The notes beneath the pieces were generated by a model. That model saw nothing but the letters and a program-made list of their open reading frames with translations. It searched no databases and had not been told where the DNA came from. Shown here one piece after another: positions 17,343 through 26,095 of a stretch of DNA of 64,000 nucleotides. The translations under genes were made by a program, and so were the position numbers. The stretch comes from an uncultured Bacteroidales bacterium (GTDB lineage Bacteria; Bacteroidota; Bacteroidia; Bacteroidales; WCHB1-69): NCBI GenBank assembly GCA_900316305.1, contig ONCM01000001.1, positions 3,380-67,379 on the forward strand. The letters run 5' to 3'. The stretch's first letter is position 1, and every line of letters begins with the position of its first letter.

Positions 17343-18896
17343 ATGAAGATGAACAAACTTTATATCTTATTTCTGGCCTTATGCCTGGTCGGTTGCGCGA
17401 AGAAGCAGCCGGAAAAACTACCGATGAAGGAGCTGCACTCCGAGGCCGACCTTACGGGGCTTCGGGTGGGCGTTCAAACGGGCAGCACCTACGACCTCCA
17501 TCTCTCCTCCCGCAATAACATCGTCAAAATGGGATACAATTCCGTAAGCGATGCCTTGCTGGCGCTCTCGCAAGGAAAATTGGACGTGTTCGTGGATGAT
17601 GAGAGTTCCATTCCACTAGATGAACAGAAACGCCTTGGTATCAAGGTTGCTTTCTATGGCGATGAAGCCATTCCATGCGCCTTCCCCCTGCGCAAGGGAG
17701 ATAACGGTCTGCGCGACTCCCTGAGCCATTTCATTGATTCCCTGAATGCCACAGGCGAGATGAAGGAAATCCACGACAAGTGGTTCTTGAACGAAACTCC
17801 GTCTCAATTGAGGATTCCCGACCTCGGTCCCGAGCCGACAGGAAAACCCATCCTCGTGGGAGCTGTCTCAGAATTGCCGCCGCTCTCCTTTCATGTCGCC
17901 TCCGATTGGCAGGGTTTCGAGCCCGAAGTGCTCCAACGTTTTGGCCGCTATGCGGGTCGCCCTGTGAAATTCGAACATTACCCTCTTACCTCCGCCATCT
18001 CCGCCCTCCAGAGCAATAAGATCCACATCATCATCGGTGGTATTTTTATCACGGAGGAGCGGCAAAAGACCATGGATTTCACTTCCTCCCATTTTTCTGT
18101 CCGCGCCGCTTACTATGTAAAAGATGAAAACGGACAGACTGCCAGCTTTGGCAACAAGCTGAAAGACATGTTCTATAACAACCTCGTGGTGGAGGATCGC
18201 TGGAAGTACATCACCGACGGTCTGTGGGAAACGGTCAAGATTTCCTTGTTTTCCCTCCTCTTAGGCACCCTGTTCGGCGCCGGAGTCTGCGCCTTGCGGA
18301 TGAGCCGCAGCAAAGGGCTTTCCAAGATCGCCAAAATCTACATTGACCTCATGCGCGGCATCCCGATGCTGGTGTTCCTGATGATCATGTTCTACGTAAT
18401 TTTCTCGAAAACCGGTCTGGGCGGCACAGCCATCGCCGTATTGGCCTTCGCCATGAACTTCGCCGCCTACGTCAGCGAGATGTTCCGTACCTCTATCCAG
18501 TCCGTCAGCAAAGGACAGATCGAGGCGGGATTGGCGCTGGGACTCACCAAATGGCAGACCTTCTGGCACATCACCGCACCGCAGGCCGTCAAGAGCGTGA
18601 TGCCCGTCTATAAGGGCGAGGCCGTCTCATTAGTGAAAAACACCTCCATCGTCGGCTATATCGCCATCCAAGACCTGACGCGGGCCAGCGACATCATCCG
18701 CACCCGTACCTTCGACGCCTTCTTTCCCCTGCTGATCGTTACCATAATATATTTCATCCTGGCATGGTTGCTGGGCAAAGCACTCGATCTCATCGTTAAA
18801 TCCAAAAAAACAACCAAAAATGATCACCATAAACCATTTGACAAAGACCTTCTCCGATCCAGACGGTTCTACACATCAGGTGTTGAAAGACGTTAG
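17343..18896 (+). CDS. lipid-anchored substrate-binding domain fused to polar-amino-acid ABC permease
   Basis: Lipobox LVGC; SBP motifs (GLRVGVQTGST, GGIFITEERQKT); EAA loop EAGLALGLTKWQTFWHITAPQ. The last 25 codons overlap the next gene, downstream of an A7 run. Confidence 0.8.
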   Translation: MKMNKLYILFLALCLVGCAKKQPEKLPMKELHSEADLTGLRVGVQTGSTYDLHLSSRNNIVKMGYNSVSDALLALSQGKLDVFVDDESSIPLDEQKRLGIKVAFYGDEAIPCAFPLRKGDNGLRDSLSHFIDSLNATGEMKEIHDKWFLNETPSQLRIPDLGPEPTGKPILVGAVSELPPLSFHVASDWQGFEPEVLQRFGRYAGRPVKFEHYPLTSAISALQSNKIHIIIGGIFITEERQKTMDFTSSHFSVRAAYYVKDENGQTASFGNKLKDMFYNNLVVEDRWKYITDGLWETVKISLFSLLLGTLFGAGVCALRMSRSKGLSKIAKIYIDLMRGIPMLVFLMIMFYVIFSKTGLGGTAIAVLAFAMNFAAYVSEMFRTSIQSVSKGQIEAGLALGLTKWQTFWHITAPQAVKSVMPVYKGEAVSLVKNTSIVGYIAIQDLTRASDIIRTRTFDAFFPLLIVTIIYFILAWLLGKALDLIVKSKKTTKNDHHKPFDKDLLRSRRFYTSGVERR

Positions 18897-19905
18897 TTGC
18901 GAGATTGAAAAAGGCGAGGTTATCAGTATAATAGGACCTTCCGGAACAGGAAAGAGCACCTTTCTGCGCGCCCTCAACATGATGGACCCGCCCACCTCGG
19001 GCGAGATCATCCTCGACGGGGAGAACATCCTTGAAAAAGGCTATCCCCTCAACAAGCTGCGCCAAAAAGTGGGTATGGTGTTCCAAAGTTTCAACCTCTT
19101 TGAGCACCTCAATGTCCTCGACAATGTCACCAAGGTGCCCCTCCTGCTACGCGACATCACCAAGCAGGAGGCCGAGGAAGAGGCGCTCACCCTCCTGCGC
19201 AAGGTGGGGATGGCGGAGAAGGCCAACGCAATGCCGGCTGACCTCTCCGGCGGACAGAAACAGCGTGTGGCCATCGCCCGCTGCTTGGCCATGCACCCCG
19301 AGGTCATCCTCTTCGACGAGCCCACATCAGCCCTTGACCCCACGATGGTCGGCGAGGTGCTGAGTGTCATTCGCCAGCTCGCCAAGGAGGGCATGACCAT
19401 GCTCATCGTCACCCACGAGATGAAGTTCGCGCATGATGTCAGCACCCGCATCTTCTTCATGTACGGCGGCTACATCCACGAGGACGGCACGCCGCACCAG
19501 ATTTTCGAGGAACCGGTACACAGTGCGACCAAGGCCTTCGTGCAGCGCATCCACAAGCTCGTATTCGAACTGGAGGGACACGATGCTGACAGCCTGAGCA
19601 TGCTGTCCGACATGTCGAAGTTCTGCATCAAATACAATATTGCGGATAAGCGCGATGTCATCGAGCAAATCTCCACCGAGATGCTCACGAACGTGCTCTA
19701 TGACTACCGTCCGATGACTGTGCGCCTCACCTACGGCGAGCTAAAAGACATCACGGCCGTCGATTTCATGATAAAGGATCTCACCTCCTCTCCATTCCAA
19801 GCTGAAGGCTTCGACCCGAAGGTGCTAGAACCGATTAAAGCCCTCGCGAAAGAGATCATCGAGGAGCCCACGAAGTTAGGATACCGGGTGAAGGTGGTGG
19901 TGTAA
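18820..19905 (+). CDS. polar-amino-acid ABC ATPase with ~115-aa C-terminal extension
   Basis: [29 protein letters not shown] and VTHEM, with the same conserved tail as 16178..17266 and as the C-terminus of 6155..8938. Confidence 0.88.
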   Translation: MITINHLTKTFSDPDGSTHQVLKDVSCEIEKGEVISIIGPSGTGKSTFLRALNMMDPPTSGEIILDGENILEKGYPLNKLRQKVGMVFQSFNLFEHLNVLDNVTKVPLLLRDITKQEAEEEALTLLRKVGMAEKANAMPADLSGGQKQRVAIARCLAMHPEVILFDEPTSALDPTMVGEVLSVIRQLAKEGMTMLIVTHEMKFAHDVSTRIFFMYGGYIHEDGTPHQIFEEPVHSATKAFVQRIHKLVFELEGHDADSLSMLSDMSKFCIKYNIADKRDVIEQISTEMLTNVLYDYRPMTVRLTYGELKDITAVDFMIKDLTSSPFQAEGFDPKVLEPIKALAKEIIEEPTKLGYRVKVVV

Positions 19906-19943
19906 AATAGGCAACAGGCAATATTTTTCAGGTTTCCACATTT

Positions 19944-19971
19944 GTAGAGACGCAAAATCTTGCGTCTCTAC
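19944..19971. terminator. GTAGAGACG-family hairpin, copy 2
   Basis: GTAGAGACGCAA-aatc-TTGCGTCTCTAC, lying between convergent genes (19905 / 19999). Confidence 0.65.
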
Positions 19972-19998
19972 GATTCGGGATAACCGACCCCGAACACA

Positions 19999-20865
19999 TT
20001 AATCGAATTTCAGTTTCCACCTTCTGTGGCTCCAAATCCAATATTCGGGCTTGCGGCAGATGGTCTGTTCCAATAATTCCGTGTATTTCTGGGTGATGGC
20101 GTAGGGTTCCTCGTCATTGGGGTGTTCCGTAATCACCTGTACTTCAATGCGGTATTTGCCCATCCGTTCCTTGATGACCTGGTAATAGAGCACGGGAATG
20201 TCGTATTTGCGGGCGAAATATTCGGGACCGTAGATCACGCCGGTCTTCTGGTTGAGGAACTGCGTGACGTAACACTTGTTCTTGTTGCTGGGCGATTGGT
20301 CGGCGAGCATCATGTAGGCGGCGGGGATGTGGTTCTCCTCGTAGTGCGCGAAAACCTCGCGGGCGGTGTCGGCAAAGCAGACCTCCGTGCCTCTGCGGGT
20401 ACGCGCGCGGTTCACCCACTTCTCGAAAACCTTGTCGCTGTTGGCCTTCCCCACCCCAATGCCGTGGTGCAAAAACATCTCGTCCAGCGCGACAATCATC
20501 CACTCCCAGTTGTTATAGTGACTCGACATCAGGATCACACTCTTCCCCTCCTTATAGAAACGGTTCACCAGCTCCGTGTCCACACAACGGTAGCGGTAAC
20601 GCAGCGCACACCGCGGAATCAGCAGCATCTTAATCATCTCAATGGCAATCTGCGAAAGATGCCAATAGTAGCGGTTACGAACCCGCCTCCGCTCTTTAAC
20701 TGTTAGTTCAGGAAAAGCGTGCAACAAATTATCATCCACTACTTTACGTCTGTATCGCACCACATGGTTCACAATCACGTAAACCAATGGCAACAGCAGA
20801 TACAGCACGGCCAAAGGGAGTGCAGCGAGGGGGTAACAGAGGAAGAAGATGAAGAAGAAAGTCAT
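19999..20865 (-). CDS. lipid A biosynthesis (LpxL/HtrB-like) lysophospholipid acyltransferase family protein
   Basis: 288 aa with an N-terminal TM segment, the HX4E-type motif SSHYNNWEW and the C-terminal PEYWIWSHRRWK typical of the family. Confidence 0.7.
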   Translation of the reverse strand: MTFFFIFFLCYPLAALPLAVLYLLLPLVYVIVNHVVRYRRKVVDDNLLHAFPELTVKERRRVRNRYYWHLSQIAIEMIKMLLIPRCALRYRYRCVDTELVNRFYKEGKSVILMSSHYNNWEWMIVALDEMFLHHGIGVGKANSDKVFEKWVNRARTRRGTEVCFADTAREVFAHYEENHIPAAYMMLADQSPSNKNKCYVTQFLNQKTGVIYGPEYFARKYDIPVLYYQVIKERMGKYRIEVQVITEHPNDEEPYAITQKYTELLEQTICRKPEYWIWSHRRWKLKFD

Positions 20866-20868
20866 TTT

Positions 20869-20924
20869 TTATGGTTATTGGTTATTGGTTATTGAAGTTT
20901 ATGGTTTATAGTTTATAGTTTATA
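20869..20924. repeat. heptamer array TATTGGT -> GTTTATA x8
   Basis: ttatggt tattggt tattggt tattgaa gtttatg gtttata gtttata gtttata. Confidence 0.9.
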
Positions 20925-20934
20925 GGGATGGACA

Positions 20935-20990
20935 CTTTAAACTTTAAACCTTAAACTCTAAACTCTAAACTCTAAACTCTAAACTTTAAG
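20935..20990. repeat. heptamer array CTYTAAA x8
   Basis: ctttaaa ctttaaa ccttaaa ctctaaa x4 ctttaag. It contains the stop of gmhB. Confidence 0.9.
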
Positions 20991-21542
20991 CCCATCATAA
21001 TTTTTCGCAAAATCCAATAGATTATTATAATGTAATGATGTCAATTTTGCAATCTCCTCGTATTCGCCGGGGTGTTTGGCGCCGACGTGGACGGGTTGGA
21101 TGCCAGCGTTGACGGCAAATTGGATATCGGAGAGACTGTCGCCGACCATCACGGAGTCGGCGAAGTCGATGTCGGGGAAGTCGGCTTTGGCCTGCAGCGC
21201 CATCCCAATCTCGGGTTTCCGACAACCACAGCCCGTCCCTGCTTTGTGCGGACAACAATAGACGGCGTCCAACGGGGTGAGGTTCTCCTCGAAGGTAATC
21301 CGCATCCGGCGGTGGATATCCTCAATATCTTCCATCTTGCAAATACGCTTGGCCACACACTGCTGGTTGGTGACCACGATAATATGACGGAACTTCGGCC
21401 GCAGCCACTGCATGGCGGTCAGCACCCCCGGAATCAGCTGAAATTCCTCCGGCTTGCGCACGTACCCGCCCACAATCTGCACGTTGATAATGCCGTCTCT
21501 ATCAAGGAATAATGTATTCATCATCTTTTCATCGTTTTTCAT
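20979..21542 (-). CDS. gmhB: D-glycero-D-manno-heptose 1,7-bisphosphate phosphatase (HAD-IIIA)
   Basis: LFLDRDGIIN, VVTNQ, the Zn-binding cluster CCPHKAGTGCGCRKP and GDSLSD. The first 6 codons (MKNDEK) are repeat-encoded, so the start may instead be ATG 21524 or 21521. Confidence 0.75.
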   Translation of the reverse strand: MKNDEKMMNTLFLDRDGIINVQIVGGYVRKPEEFQLIPGVLTAMQWLRPKFRHIIVVTNQQCVAKRICKMEDIEDIHRRMRITFEENLTPLDAVYCCPHKAGTGCGCRKPEIGMALQAKADFPDIDFADSVMVGDSLSDIQFAVNAGIQPVHVGAKHPGEYEEIAKLTSLHYNNLLDFAKNYDGLKV

Positions 21543-21583
21543 CGTTCATTCATCGTTTTTCATCGTCTCATCGCTTCATCGCC
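21517..21583. repeat. ~10-bp tandem array TTCATCGTTT-like x7
   Basis: Same family as 13931-14040 in reverse orientation. It spans the antiporter stop and the gmhB start. Confidence 0.9.
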
Positions 21584-23302
21584 CTCCCCATTCAAATTTG
21601 TCTTGAACTTCTGTTCCAGCTTGGTGAAACGGTTCAGGTTGTGGCGGGAAAGGACAATCACGAAGATCACGGCGATGGCAATCAGTATGATGACCCACTT
21701 AGTGAATTTGAAGAACTTCACTAAAATGGTAAAAACGAAGTAGAAGACAATCGTGAAGCGGAAGAGTGTCCAAACGATGATGGCCAACATGTTGGCACGG
21801 TTCTCCTTCACCAAGTTGCGATAGAGTTCATGAACCTTCGGACTGTTGCGGACAATGCCGAAAAGGAACGGGGATACCGCCAACAGGGAGCCGATGGCGG
21901 CCATTGTGTTGAAGCCCCAGGTGGGAATCATTTCAATGTAAGGCAGCTTCTTGACAAACGGGATGAAGAACTCGAAAATGACGAACAGCGTGGCGAACGA
22001 AAGCACCGAGAATATCACCACATTGGGGATGGTGCTCTTGATGATGCTGCTCCAGTTTTTCTTGCCCTCGTTGCCCGATCCGAACAGCGCGTAGGCATCC
22101 AACGCACTTTTCGTCTTGGGCGACATCCGCTTATCCAAAGCATTATAAACCGGTGTGGCGAGCTTGATCCAGTAAGGCGTGGTGAAAGTGGTGATGACCG
22201 ACGCAGCGATGACGACCGGGTAGATGTAGGAGGACATCACGTGCTGCGCCACGGCCACGGACGCGATGATGAAAGCGAACTCACCAATCTGCGACAGCGT
22301 GAAACCGGACTTAACGGAGTCTTCCAGATTGGCACCCGCCACCAAGGCAGCCACAGTGCAAACGAACGCCTTGACCACCAACGTGATAACCACCAAGGAA
22401 AGAATGAGTTTCCAATATTTCGCCAATATTTGCGGGTCAATCATCATGCCCACCGAGACAAAGAAAATGGCCGAGAAGAGGATTTTAATACTCTCCGTAA
22501 GACGCTCAATACGATGGCTTTCAGCGGTTTCCGCAAGAATGGAACCTATTACGAATGCACCAAGAGCGGAGGAGAATCCCACGCTGTTGGCAATGATCAC
22601 CATGGCGAAGCAGAGACCGAGGGAGATAATCAACAGGTTTTCATCGTTGATATATTTTTTGAACTTCCGCAACAATGTCGGAATCAGATAGATACCGACC
22701 ACAAACCAGATAATCAGGAAGAAGACGAGTTTCACGATGCTCATCAGCATCTCCTTGCCGGGCGCGGAATGCTTACTCGCCGCGACGGTGGAAATCAACA
22801 CCATCATCACCACGGCCACAATGTCCTGGATGATCAGTACCACCATCGTGAGGTTGGCAAACGACTGCCCTTTGAGGTTCAAATCCTCGAAAGCCTTGAC
22901 GATGATGGCGGTAGAGGACATAGACAGCATACCGCCGAGGAAGATGCTTTCCATGATACCCCAGCCCATGATGACACCGAGCAACGTACCCACGCCCATC
23001 ATACCGATGATGCCGACAAACGCGGTAATGAAGGCCTTACTGCCCACCGAGATCAGTTTCTTGAAGCTAAATTCCAGTCCGACCCCGAACATCATGAAGA
23101 TGATACCGATTTCGGACCAGGCCTCCACTTCAGCAATGTCTGTGACGGTGGGGAAAATATGCAGGTGCGGTCCCACCAGGAAACCGGCCACCAGATACCC
23201 CAGTACAAGGGGCTGCTTCAGAAGCTTAAAAATCACGGTCACGACTCCCGCTGAGGTCAATATCAGCGCCAAATCCGCGACAAATTTCAAATTTTCTGGC
23301 AT
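21560..23302 (-). CDS. cation:proton antiporter (CPA2/Kef-type)
   Basis: 580 aa and polytopic. The N-terminus LLKQPLVLGYLVAGFLVGPH is typical of the Na_H_Exchanger family. Confidence 0.8.
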   Translation of the reverse strand: MPENLKFVADLALILTSAGVVTVIFKLLKQPLVLGYLVAGFLVGPHLHIFPTVTDIAEVEAWSEIGIIFMMFGVGLEFSFKKLISVGSKAFITAFVGIIGMMGVGTLLGVIMGWGIMESIFLGGMLSMSSTAIIVKAFEDLNLKGQSFANLTMVVLIIQDIVAVVMMVLISTVAASKHSAPGKEMLMSIVKLVFFLIIWFVVGIYLIPTLLRKFKKYINDENLLIISLGLCFAMVIIANSVGFSSALGAFVIGSILAETAESHRIERLTESIKILFSAIFFVSVGMMIDPQILAKYWKLILSLVVITLVVKAFVCTVAALVAGANLEDSVKSGFTLSQIGEFAFIIASVAVAQHVMSSYIYPVVIAASVITTFTTPYWIKLATPVYNALDKRMSPKTKSALDAYALFGSGNEGKKNWSSIIKSTIPNVVIFSVLSFATLFVIFEFFIPFVKKLPYIEMIPTWGFNTMAAIGSLLAVSPFLFGIVRNSPKVHELYRNLVKENRANMLAIIVWTLFRFTIVFYFVFTILVKFFKFTKWVIILIAIAVIFVIVLSRHNLNRFTKLEQKFKTNLNGEGDEAMRR

Positions 23303-23308
23303 TTTTAA

Positions 23309-23399
23309 CGGTTATAGGTTAAAGGTTTATGGTTTATAGTTTATAGTTTATGGTTTATGGTTTATGGTTAATGGTCAATGGTCAATAGTCAATGGTTAA
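23309..23399. repeat. heptamer array (TGGTTTA/TAGTTTA -> TGGTCAA) x13
   Basis: 13 units in one 7-bp register. It contains the stop of 23389..24285. Confidence 0.95.
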
Positions 23400-24285
23400 C
23401 AGTGAGGATGCCGAAGCATTTGCCACGGTTCGTCATCTGGCAGACGCGAGTGTCACCGATGACGACGGGCGGGTTGATTTCCTCGTGGGAGTGACCGCCG
23501 ACAATCACATTGATACCGGGCACTTGGCGGGCGATTTCGAAGTCGTTATCCGTCATCGTGGTGTCCACACCGAGATGCGAGAGACAGACGATCAGGTCGC
23601 ATTGCTGACGTTGCAGTTCCGCCACCATGTCGCGGGCGACCTGGAACGGATTGAGGTAGGTAACCTCGCGGGCGTTTTGCGGTGACGTGTAGCCATCAAG
23701 GTTCACCCCGAGTCCGAAGATGCCGATTTTATGACCACCGCGCTCAATAATAACGTAGGGTTTAATCACTTTCGTCAGTTTCTTGTTGGCGAACTGGTAG
23801 TTAGCGCACACCACCGGGAATTTGGCGGTCTTGAGTCGTGCGGCAAGAGCTGCGGAGCCGTTATCGAACTCGTGGTTGCCCAACGTGGCTGCATCGTAAC
23901 CCATGGCATTCATCAGATTCACCTCCACATAGCCCTTGAAAAAGTTGAAATAGGGGGTTCCCTGCGAGAAATCGCCAGCGTCGAGCAGCAGCGTGTAGGG
24001 ATTTTCCGCCCGCACCTCACGGATGGCCGCCTCCCTCCGCAGCGCCCCACCCACATTGACGTCCTCCTTGTAGGAATAGGGATCAATCTGGCTGTGCGTG
24101 TCGTTCGTGTGCATGATCACGAGCGGCTGAGCCTGCAGGGAAACGAACACGAATAGACTTAGCACAAAACATATTACATATTTCGCATCTAACGAGCTCT
24201 TGCCAATAACTACCCCGCCCTTCGGGCACCCCTTCTTAAAAGAAGGGGAATTGTCCTTCGGCCGAATTATATATTCATCATTCAT
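23389..24285 (-). CDS. metallophosphoesterase (5'-nucleotidase/UshA N-terminal-domain type)
   Basis: MHTNDTHS, GDFSQGTP and LGNHEFD, plus a signal peptide. The start is uncertain because the first ~25 codons lie on a dispersed hairpin element. Confidence 0.7.
   Translation of the reverse strand: MNDEYIIRPKDNSPSFKKGCPKGGVVIGKSSLDAKYVICFVLSLFVFVSLQAQPLVIMHTNDTHSQIDPYSYKEDVNVGGALRREAAIREVRAENPYTLLLDAGDFSQGTPYFNFFKGYVEVNLMNAMGYDAATLGNHEFDNGSAALAARLKTAKFPVVCANYQFANKKLTKVIKPYVIIERGGHKIGIFGLGVNLDGYTSPQNAREVTYLNPFQVARDMVAELQRQQCDLIVCLSHLGVDTTMTDNDFEIARQVPGINVIVGGHSHEEINPPVVIGDTRVCQMTNRGKCFGILTVNH
24206..24268 (-). repeat. ~60-bp three-hairpin element, copy A
   Basis: The minus strand reads CGGCCGAAGGACAATTCCCCTTCTTTTAAGAAGGGGTGCCCGAAGGGCGGGGTAGTTAT. 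It overlaps the annotated N-terminus of 23389..24285. Confidence 0.8.
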
Positions 24286-24329
24286 AATTCATAATTATAT
24301 TCTACATTCTTCATTCTACATTCTACATT
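24274..24329. repeat. heptamer array TTCATAA -> CTACATT x8
   Basis: ttcatca ttcataa ttcataa ttatatt ctacatt cttcatt ctacatt ctacatt. It spans a start codon (24285) and a stop codon (24328). Confidence 0.9.
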
Positions 24330-25983
24330 ATTTATAAAGGAACCTCCTAATCGACCTTTTCGGAGTCTTCTCGAACTCCTTGTCCACGGTTTCAATAGCG
24401 GAAATGCGCTCATACTTGGCCACCATAGTGTTTATGGTTTCCAAGTTCTGCTGCATCTGTTCTTCCACGGTGATCTTCGACCAGTCGAAAGCGGGATCGG
24501 GATAGACCAAGGCAACCAACTTACCCTGACGGCCCACCACCACATTTTCGCCAACGCCAGGCAGGGTACTGAGCTTGGACTCCAACTCTTCGGGATAGAT
24601 GTTCTGTCCGCCGGAGGTGAGGATCATCGCCTTGGAACGTCCACGGATGTAGAGGTTGCCCTTCTTGTCCATTAGTCCGAGGTCACCAGTATGCAGCCAT
24701 CCTTCACTGTCGATGGCGGCTCTCGTAGCTTCCTCGTTCTTGTAGTAGCCTTTCATCACGTGCTCGCCACGGAACAGGATTTCGCCGACCTCGGTTTCGG
24801 GATGCTGAGAATTGACAATCAGCTCGTTACGAGTCACCACTTTACCGCAGGAGCCCACAGGCTGCTTGTGCCAGTGCTCGTAGGTCACCAGCGGACCGGC
24901 CTCGGTCATGCCGTAGCCGACCACCAGCGGGAACTTGATGCGGCGCAACACGCGCTCCACGTCTTGGTTCAAAGCGGCACCACCCGTAATCAACCAGATC
25001 AGGTTGCCGCCAAAGGCGTTCATCAGCTGATCGTAGATTTTTTTCTCCACGATTTTACAAAGTATCGGCGTGTTCCACAATGCCTTGACACTCGGCTTTC
25101 TAAGCGCAGGGAAGATTTTAGCGTTGAAGATTTTCTCGATTACCAAAGGCACGGTCAGGATCATGTAGGGCTTGGTCTCGGAGTAGCACTTCAGCAGCGT
25201 GGCCGGTGAAGGCGTCTTGCCGAGGAAATAGACGTGACAGCCGCCGGCAACCTGATACAGGAACTCGATGGTCATGCCGAACATGTGTGCCAGCGGCAAC
25301 ATGCAGACCTCTGTCCAGCCGGCGTGGTTGGGAATCTCCTCCTGACTGTACTGCACGTTGGCGGAGATGTTGCGGTAGGTCAGCATCGCGCCGCGCGGCG
25401 CGCCCGTGGTGCCGGAGGTGTAGTTGATGATCATCAGCTCATCGAGGTTGTCGGTCGGCAGATTGATATCCTCGCGACTGAGTCCGCGCGGATAACGCTC
25501 ACGATAGATGTCACGGTATCTCGCGTAAGCCTGCTCTTGTTTCTCCGTGCGGGCGTAGAGCAGCTGGAAGTCGTCGGTATCCAGCACCAGACAGACATTC
25601 TCAAGATGTTGAACATCCAAATTTTTCCAAACATTCTGGCTTACAAACATCGCCTTGGCGTCGGAATGGTTGGTGAGGCTCTCGATGTCGGACGGGGAAA
25701 AAGCGTCCATGATGGAGACGATGACGCCCTCATTGGCGGCGATGGAGAGGAGGGAAACAGCCCAGTTGGCGCAGTTTCGACTGCAAATCACCACTTTGTC
25801 GCCACGCCCCAGCCCAGCCTGATCCAGCAGGATCTGAAGTTTGAACATCTGGGCGGCCATCTCGCCGTAGGTATAGCTTGTGGTGCCGTTGTAATCTGTT
25901 AAGGCAGGCGCGTTCCAGTTTTCCTGAATCGTCCGGTTATAGTAGGTAAAGAAATGTCTTGTAGGGTCTCCGTTTCTTTTCAT
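24328..25983 (-). CDS. long-chain fatty-acid--CoA ligase (AMP-binding enzyme)
   Basis: AMP-binding signature INYTSGTTGAPRGAMLTY, plus GYGMTEAG and HTGDLG. Confidence 0.85.
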   Translation of the reverse strand: MKRNGDPTRHFFTYYNRTIQENWNAPALTDYNGTTSYTYGEMAAQMFKLQILLDQAGLGRGDKVVICSRNCANWAVSLLSIAANEGVIVSIMDAFSPSDIESLTNHSDAKAMFVSQNVWKNLDVQHLENVCLVLDTDDFQLLYARTEKQEQAYARYRDIYRERYPRGLSREDINLPTDNLDELMIINYTSGTTGAPRGAMLTYRNISANVQYSQEEIPNHAGWTEVCMLPLAHMFGMTIEFLYQVAGGCHVYFLGKTPSPATLLKCYSETKPYMILTVPLVIEKIFNAKIFPALRKPSVKALWNTPILCKIVEKKIYDQLMNAFGGNLIWLITGGAALNQDVERVLRRIKFPLVVGYGMTEAGPLVTYEHWHKQPVGSCGKVVTRNELIVNSQHPETEVGEILFRGEHVMKGYYKNEEATRAAIDSEGWLHTGDLGLMDKKGNLYIRGRSKAMILTSGGQNIYPEELESKLSTLPGVGENVVVGRQGKLVALVYPDPAFDWSKITVEEQMQQNLETINTMVAKYERISAIETVDKEFEKTPKRSIRRFLYK

Positions 25984-26028
25984 AAATATCTGTTCTATTG
26001 ATGTTTACTAATCACATTAATTGCCGTG

Positions 26029-26036
26029 CAAAGATA
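26029..26036 (-). promoter_or_regulatory. -7 box TATCTTTG for the acyl-CoA ligase gene
   Basis: The plus strand reads caaagata, 46 nt upstream of ATG 25983. Confidence 0.45.
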
Positions 26037-26056
26037 CGAAATTTTCAGCTAAAAAA

Positions 26057-26089
26057 TTTGCGATTGTTTTGTAAAAATGTGTATTTTTG
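26057..26089 (+). promoter_or_regulatory. Bacteroidetes-type promoter (TTTG-N21-TATTTTTG)
   Basis: TTTG at 26057-60 and TAttTTTG at 26082-89. Confidence 0.5.
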
Positions 26090-26095
26090 CAGCAT

